DNA of 57,367 nucleotides, filler included, from Dimargaris cristalligena (Eukaryota): NCBI GenBank assembly GCA_003614675.1. It is 2 parts of 2 records of this genome, joined end to end, with 100 filler letters (N's around TTAATTAATTAA, not from the genome) between each part and the next. Parts side by side here need not be neighbours in the genome. Positions count along the whole stretch, not along the records: positions 28,779 to 57,367 come from ML002499.1; 1 more part is not named here. One strand, 5' to 3'. Shown piece by piece: positions 51,269 to 57,367 of this stretch (position 1 is its first letter; each line of letters starts with the position of its first letter). The notes under the pieces were generated by a model. It saw only the letters and a program-made list of their open reading frames with translations, ran no database searches and was not told where the DNA came from. The position numbers and the translations under genes were made by a program.

Positions 51269-51952
51269 ATGCCCCAATCGTCTTCCTTGACCCGGCGCAC
51301 CCGGGCCCTGTACGCCCTTCTGGCGCTCGTTACTTTAGCCACAAGCAGCGCCCACGCAGGTCTCCAAATCCCGTTCCTGGAAAAGAGCCAGGAGGCCGTG
51401 ACCTACGGCAGCGCCCTCAAACTGGCCCATGCGCCCACCGCTTATCAGTTGAATTCCCAGGATGTGCGCTACGGTACCGGCAGTGGCCAGCGGTCGGTGA
51501 CCGGCCTCGACAAGAAAGCCGGCGCGGCCGGCTACTGGGTGGTCTATGCCCCCGTCTCCTCCCCCTTAACCTCCGCTGACCCGACCCCGCAACGCGGCGA
51601 TAAGGTGCCCTGCGGGGCCGTGGTGCGCCTCCAACACCCGGAATCAACCACCTTCCTCCATTCCCACCGCTTCCAGTCCCCCATCTCGAACCAGCAGGAG
51701 GTGAGTGCCTTCGACGGCCAGGATGAGGGCGACAATTGGGTGATTGAGTGTGCCCAAGGTACCCAGTACTGGTCCCGGGAAAAGCGCGTGGCCCTGCGGC
51801 ACCAGGTCACCAACTACTACTTGGCCGCCGATAGCCAGTACAAATACAATAGCCCTATTCCCGGCCAACTCGAGATTTTTGGTCAGCCCCGGAGCAACGA
51901 CAATAGCCAGTGGATGGCCCAAGAGGGCTTCTACATGCAGGCTCGGGAGTAA
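51269..51952 (+). CDS. SDF2-like MIR-domain ER protein, 227 aa
   Basis: Signal sequence, then VTYGSALKL...LNSQDVRYGTGSGQRSVT, CGAVVRLQH...FLHSHRFQSPISNQQEVSAF...DEGDNW, PIPGQLEI, WMAQEGFYM, typical of SDF2/SDF2L1. Confidence 0.9.
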   Translation: MPQSSSLTRRTRALYALLALVTLATSSAHAGLQIPFLEKSQEAVTYGSALKLAHAPTAYQLNSQDVRYGTGSGQRSVTGLDKKAGAAGYWVVYAPVSSPLTSADPTPQRGDKVPCGAVVRLQHPESTTFLHSHRFQSPISNQQEVSAFDGQDEGDNWVIECAQGTQYWSREKRVALRHQVTNYYLAADSQYKYNSPIPGQLEIFGQPRSNDNSQWMAQEGFYMQARE

Positions 51953-52915
51953 AATGCCAAATGGGGGGCTCTCTGCTATATACCACCCAGCTTCTTCTTT
52001 TTTGCCGTCCACATTTACTGGCTGAACGGGGCGGGGTCGTTGTCTTGCACTGTCTATTAAAAATGGTTCCTAGGAACCCTTGATCTTGCACTAGCGTATT
52101 CGTGAAACCCCATGGAAATGCGAGTCCTGCGAAATAGTTTACCCCATGAATAAGAATAAAACCGTTAGAAACGTGCAATGACTCAGTTTATTAGTTCCTT
52201 GGGGGGAGGATTCGATAGGCCCCATATCATTGATGGCCTTCAGGGTCGGGGAGTGGATACCACTATTAAATCCGGAATTTACCGGCCAACAAACGGCTAC
52301 ATAAATCACTATTACTATGGCTGAGAGGGGCTCTACTAATACCCACTTGGCATCGCCTTGACGAAGGTTTAAACTCGATTTTATGAGGGAATGACAGAGC
52401 GGTACGCTGAACAAAAGCAGCTGGAGCTACATAGACGAAATATAAAAAATAAAAAGAACGTAGACAAGTACCCAGTGAGTGATTGGTGACTATGATTACA
52501 AAATAAGAGTGGGGTGGTGAAGGGGCTGGACGGGGTGGTGGGGGTCCCCTCATGAATCATCCGAACCTCCGGCAACCGGGATGAGTAGGTTGGCAGATAG
52601 GGAGGGATGGTTGACAAATAAGGGCGGGAATTGATGATATAAAAGAAGACGAAAAGAGTGAGGTGAAGTATGGAAGGATGCCGTGTGCGGGCATTAATGA
52701 ATAGGCTTGGGCAATAAAGGGGAGGGCAGGCCAATCATAGTATCCTCCCATATTGCAAGAGAAATTAATAAGGCCGGATTCTCGTGGTAGAAGAGACCCA
52801 CGAAAGCATGATACAGTAGTACATTGACCGCAGCGCCCACAAAGCCGGGTTCTAGGATGGGATGTAAGCGGGAAAAAGCGAGGGGTAAGGGTGCGGAAAA
52901 TCGGCTATAATGGCC

Positions 52916-53743
52916 TTAGCAAGCACAGCCCGAGGCATTGGTGTTGGCGGCCTGGCCCCCGGCTCCGGTAAAGCCACTCTCGTTAACCAGGTCGACGTTC
53001 ACCGAGCCGGAGTTGAGCCCAGAGCCGCGGGAATTGCGGGCCATGGATAGGATCTGGTCAGTTGGGAGCTTCTTGGCAATTTCGGTGAAGACCTCTTGGA
53101 TACCCTCACCTGATTTGGCACTGGTTTCGAAGTAGAGCAGGCCGGCTTCGGCGGCGTACGCCTCACCCTCCTCGGTGGAGACCTGGCGGGGCTCGTATTC
53201 CGCGGGTTCGTCGGTTACGGTTTCACCTTCTTCAGCGTCGGCCGACGGGTTAGTTTCGGTGGCATCCGCAGTGCTCCCAGTGTCATTCTCGCTATCGGCG
53301 GGAACGGCCACGGGGGTGGAGGGCTGGACAAGGTCGAGTTTATTACCAACCAACGCAATGACCATATTTAGGTTGCCTTGGCGCTGCAGCTCCTTGACCC
53401 AGGTGCGGGCACGCTGGAGGGAGGTAGCCCGCGTGACGTCAAATACCACCACAGCGGCGTGGGCATTGCGGTAATACATGGGTGCCAGGGAATAGAAGCG
53501 CTCCTGGCCGGCGGTGTCCCAGATTTCGAACTTGATGATCTTATCCTCGAGGCGGCATTTTTGGGTGACGAAGGCGGCGCCGATGGTGGGCTCACGGTTC
53601 TCGGCAAACGAATTGCGGGCGAAACGACACACAATGCTGGATTTGCCCACGGCGGCTTCCCCAAGCAGCACCAATTTCACCTGGATAGGCTTGGCTTCCG
53701 GGTTAGCGGGAAAGGTGGGGGCAATTTCGGTGGCCGAGCTCAT
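52916..53743 (-). CDS. VPS21: Rab5-family GTPase (Vps21/Ypt51 type), 275 aa
   Basis: [17 protein letters not shown] effector loop, [31 protein letters not shown]-terminal CAC prenylation motif. Acidic insertion after NKLD. Confidence 0.92.
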   Translation of the reverse strand: MSSATEIAPTFPANPEAKPIQVKLVLLGEAAVGKSSIVCRFARNSFAENREPTIGAAFVTQKCRLEDKIIKFEIWDTAGQERFYSLAPMYYRNAHAAVVVFDVTRATSLQRARTWVKELQRQGNLNMVIALVGNKLDLVQPSTPVAVPADSENDTGSTADATETNPSADAEEGETVTDEPAEYEPRQVSTEEGEAYAAEAGLLYFETSAKSGEGIQEVFTEIAKKLPTDQILSMARNSRGSGLNSGSVNVDLVNESGFTGAGGQAANTNASGCAC

Positions 53744-54617
53744 GGTGGGTCAGGGCAGTGTAAAAGAAACTGAGGGGCGGGGAAGGTGAGAGAGGGAAAG
53801 TGAAATAAGTTAATGAGACACCGCTGTAGGGGCAATGGACTGGCAGCGGGAAGCGTCAGCTGCAAAAAGAATAGAGAAACTGCCGGCGGACAATGAAGAC
53901 AGATGGACAGGGGAAAAAAAGAGTACGTGGTGGAGTGAAGAAGAGGGAAAGAGAGGGAGAGAGGTATTACAAAGTCAAAGCATAGTGGAGTAGGGGGAGA
54001 GCACCGCCGTCTTTAGAGTGCATATAGCCACGGAACAGCGGAGCATGCTAAGTCCCGCTAATTTGAATCATGGAAGAAGGGTCTCTCTATGCCACTCATT
54101 ATGCTGTGTAACAACCCCTCCCCTCCTCCTTTCACTGCCGAGTATATGTGCTACGCACTAGGTATTGTGCCTCGCTGGAATGACCGAAAACAAGTCACGG
54201 GGTTTAGCCCCAAACTAGAGCAACCCCTTCCCCTCCCACCATTCAAAATATTCCCATTGACTCAATATAAAATCCCCCACCCCATCCCACACACCCATTT
54301 CCCCCAACAAGCCCCTCTCGCTCGCCCACCCACGCCGATCCATTATATTCCGACTACGAGAGGATATTTTAAGCCGGTAAGGTTAGTATTATGAGGGAAG
54401 AGGAGGAGTTTGGTACTCTCACTATGCTACCCAAATTATAGAGTGCGAGATTCCCCCCACCACCACACCACTTGGCTCTGTTTCAGTGCAGCTGTCTATA
54501 CACCACCCTTGAATCCATTCCGCTTAACTAGATTCGCTTTCTTCTCTCTCTAGTCGGTTGATTATTCCTCTTTGCCCTCCCCTTCACCTCTCCTACTTTA
54601 TTACACTAGCCTCCACC

Positions 54618-54872
54618 ATGGGTGATCACAGTTTCGGAAATCTCGGCGGCCCCAAGCAGCGCGGCATCGTGAGCTACCGCCTGTCGTCCTACGAACAGCG
54701 TGTCTTCGCCGGCGTCTTCAAGAAGGGTTTCTACAACGTCATCCGCCGCTTCTCGGCCAACGTCCTGTACATCGGCCCCCCCATGATCGCCTCCTACATG
54801 GTCTACTCCTGGGCCAAGAAGCGCAACACCTACCTCAACTCCAAGGCCGGTCACCACGAACTCAGCGGGTAA
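54618..54872 (+). CDS. QCR8: Cytochrome bc1 subunit 8 (UcrQ family), 84 aa
   Basis: GNLGGPKQRGIVSYRLSSYEQRVFAG...NVIRR...YIGPP...YLNSKAG; CCACCATG start context. Confidence 0.92.
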   Translation: MGDHSFGNLGGPKQRGIVSYRLSSYEQRVFAGVFKKGFYNVIRRFSANVLYIGPPMIASYMVYSWAKKRNTYLNSKAGHHELSG

Positions 54873-55270
54873 ACCGAAACCTCTGCTGCTGCCTCTCCCC
54901 TCAAGTACTATATAATCCCGCCCAGCGCGAGATGTGCGGCCTGGCTACTTCTAGACGACTCATTTTTTTTATTTATCAACTGCATACATTCAACTACGGT
55001 GTGTGGTATTCGTGCTTCATTTCCCTCCAATAAACCTGGTTGTTTGTAATGCCACAACTCTCTGAACACTGAAGTCGATTACAACACTATTATCCATGTT
55101 GAAGTGACTTGGGGCAATGCTTTATATATATATATATATCTATATACTTACTTTCCTGAGAAATAATTCAGCAGGCAGGGTAGTTTGGCGTTATAAAAGC
55201 ATCTTTAATGACTAGTCATTGAACAGCCCTAATTGTTGATGCAGGTCTTATAAGCACTCTCTCCCCTTTA

Positions 55271-55414
55271 ATATGGGTGGAATTCAGTGCAGATGTATAA
55301 AGTTTTGGATAATACGTGTATGGGAAAATATATGAGGGATCCATTATTAACCAGTGGTTTTTGCCTCATCCAACGGATTTATCGTTATACAGTCTGGTTG
55401 AACCTTTCCCATAT
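55271..55414. mobile_element. MITE-like dispersed repeat, copy D (same orientation as A)
   Basis: ATATGGGTGGAATTCA...CCTCATCCAACGGATTTATCGTTATACAGTCTGGTTGAACCTTTCCCATAT; 144 bp. Confidence 0.78.
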
Positions 55415-55872
55415 GTAATGGGGGAGACGAGCTGCTAATGGCCCTCCAGCATCCTCTCTAAAGAAAGGTCACGTGTACTCGATTGGGAAGGAGGGGCAGC
55501 GATTAGTAAGTAAGAAGCGCGGGGGAAGGCAGCGTCATCATAGTATGAGGAAAGGATCACAGCGGAGCCGGAGTTGCGGCAGCTGCCTGAAGGCGGAGGG
55601 AGAGGACGAGTCGACTGCGGCTGGATTTTGGGTTACTCGAGTAGTAGTTGTAGCAGTATTAGGTAAAGTGGTCAGTCAGCCAGGCCCCCAGATCCACACA
55701 TCACCCATTTAGAGCCCCCGTAGTTAGTAGAGTCAGCCTTTCACATTACCTGTGCACCCTAGTCCGCCTTACCCTTCCGTTCCTTTACTTTATACTGTCG
55801 ATCCCACCTTTTCTATCCACTCTCTGATTTCTTCACTTTACTTGTTTCGTTCTATCCCACCTAGTTTACAAT

Positions 55873-57009
55873 ATGTCTTTCGTCGACAAGCTGTCCAAGA
55901 TTGTGGTTCCCCTGGGCGCCCTGGCCCTCGGTGCCCAGAATGCCATGTATGATGGTATGTCCTCTCCTCGACTTAGAGTGGCTTAACCCTAACCCCCATC
56001 CCCCTCGTTCAGCCAGGGCTGCGAATCGTTCGGATCCCTTACTGAGCTCGAGGAGTTTATGAGTGGGGGATGCACGAGTGGTGTAGTCTACAGCGAACCC
56101 CTCCCACCCATTTTAACCCCAGGACCTTGGTAAACCGGAAACGGATAATATCAGACACCTTGGAGAATAACCCCACCAATCCACTAAACTAGACTAACCC
56201 TCCATACATAAATGTGTATTACCATCCCTCTCCTCTCCTCTACTCTCCTCTACTCTACCCTAGTCAAGGGCGGATACCGCGCCGTCATCTTCGACCGTAT
56301 CCAGGGTGTTAAATCCGAGGTGGTGGGTGAGGGCACCCATTTCCTGGTTCCCTGGCTGCAGCGCGCCGTGATCTACGACGTCCGCACCAAGCCCCGCAAC
56401 ATTTCGACCACGACGGGGTCCAAGGATATGCAAATGGTTAGCCTGACCCTGCGGGTGCTGCACCGCCCCGAAGAGACCCGCCTGCCGACCATTTACCAGA
56501 ACCTGGGTATGGACTACGACGAGCGGGTGCTGCCCTCGATTGGTAACGAAGTCCTCAAGGCCATTGTGGCCCAGTTCGACGCCGGCGAATTGATTACCCA
56601 ACGCGAGGTGGTGTCGTCGCGGATCCGGGAGGACCTGGTCAAACGGGCCCAGGAATTCAACATCCGGCTCGAAGACGTGTCCATCACCCACATGACGTTC
56701 GGGCGCGAGTTCACCAACGCCGTCGAACAGAAACAAATCGCCCAGCAGGAGGCTGAACGGGCTAAATTCATCGTCGAGCGCGCCGAACAGGAGAAACAGG
56801 CCGCGATTATTCGGGCCGAAGGTGAGGCCATCGCCGCTGAAACTATTTCGGAAGCCCTCCAGAAGGCCGGGGCCGGTCTGATCCAGTTCCGCCGGATCGA
56901 AGCCTCCAAGGCTATCGCCACCACCCTGGCCAGTGCCCGCAATGTGACGTATCTGCCCACCGGGGGGGACAAGGGCGCCAACCTCCTGCTGAACGTGTCC
57001 GACAAATAA
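55873..57009 (+). CDS. PHB1: Prohibitin 1; join(55873..55954,56264..57009), ~275 aa
   Basis: [82 protein letters not shown] intron in frame. Confidence 0.96.
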
Positions 57010-57367
57010 GTCCGGAACAGGGATGTTCCATTTACCTGATCTTGGTTCTTTGCTCCCCCTCATGGAGTAGTCCGCTTCCCTCCCACCACTCCGTGTCCAT
57101 TGCCTTTTACTATTTACATTTACTTTACAATCCCTGCATACTAAGTACTCTCCTTAATACTACACCCTTAGGACCCAAAATTATTACGCATCTACCTTCA
57201 TACATTCGTAATTTTGTACATATTATTACTACTATATTCGTTTTCACTTGAACATCCTTTGACACGCTTTCATTTTTACCATATAATTGTGTTTGATTTA
57301 TTTATTTATTATGCCTGCCCATCTAATTCCCATTTTCAGTTACCCATTTTACCATTATTCCATCCCC

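Noticed and set aside
53190-53330. Acidic insertion after NKLD in the Rab5 GTPase
   Set aside because: Low-complexity insertions at this loop are familiar in fungal Rab5 paralogs; not novel.
55983-55995. TTAACCCTAACCC telomere-like motif in the PHB1 intron
   Set aside because: Only two units, internal; expected by chance.
56260-57063. Long antisense ORFs over PHB1 (267 aa), and similarly over RIP1 (37851-38495), SSN3, VPS21, SDF2-like and the subtilisin
   Set aside because: Shadow ORFs expected from high GC3 codon bias of the real genes; no motifs.
1-57367. tRNA, rRNA, CRISPR arrays or prokaryotic operons
   Set aside because: No cloverleaf, rRNA-like or repeat-spacer pattern seen. GGTTCGA-like matches fall inside CDSs and gene structure is eukaryotic. 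Small ncRNAs cannot be excluded without a covariance-model search.

Overview
Eukaryotic DNA, most likely from an early-diverging fungus. Evidence: GT-AG introns with CTAAC branch sites, fungal-type housekeeping genes and DIRS elements. A Zoopagomycota-like, possibly mycoparasitic origin is my inference only. An artificial linker (N44-TTAATTAATTAA-N44, 28679-28778) splits the window, so the two halves may not be adjacent. Recognisable genes: a C2/Munc13-like protein, an S8 subtilisin-like protein, SSN3/CDK8, RIP1 (Rieske), RRP17, an SDF2-like MIR protein, VPS21-type Rab5, QCR8 and PHB1. Repeats: two decayed DIRS1-type tyrosine-recombinase retroelements and four copies of a ~144-bp MITE-like element. 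The most interesting signals are three. (1) A set of candidate secreted effectors: two signal-peptide + F-box-like proteins with a predicted phase-0 intron at almost the same position after the F-box, a signal-peptide + C2H2 zinc-finger protein, a subtilisin with its catalytic Ser replaced by Ala, and a Kex2-type cationic glycine-zipper peptide. (2) Repeat-restricted CpG-transition hypermutation that hits catalytic codons in both DIRS copies. (3) A preserved inverted/direct repeat structure at the 3' end of DIRS copy 2. All exon models and motif calls were made by eye, with no database searches.
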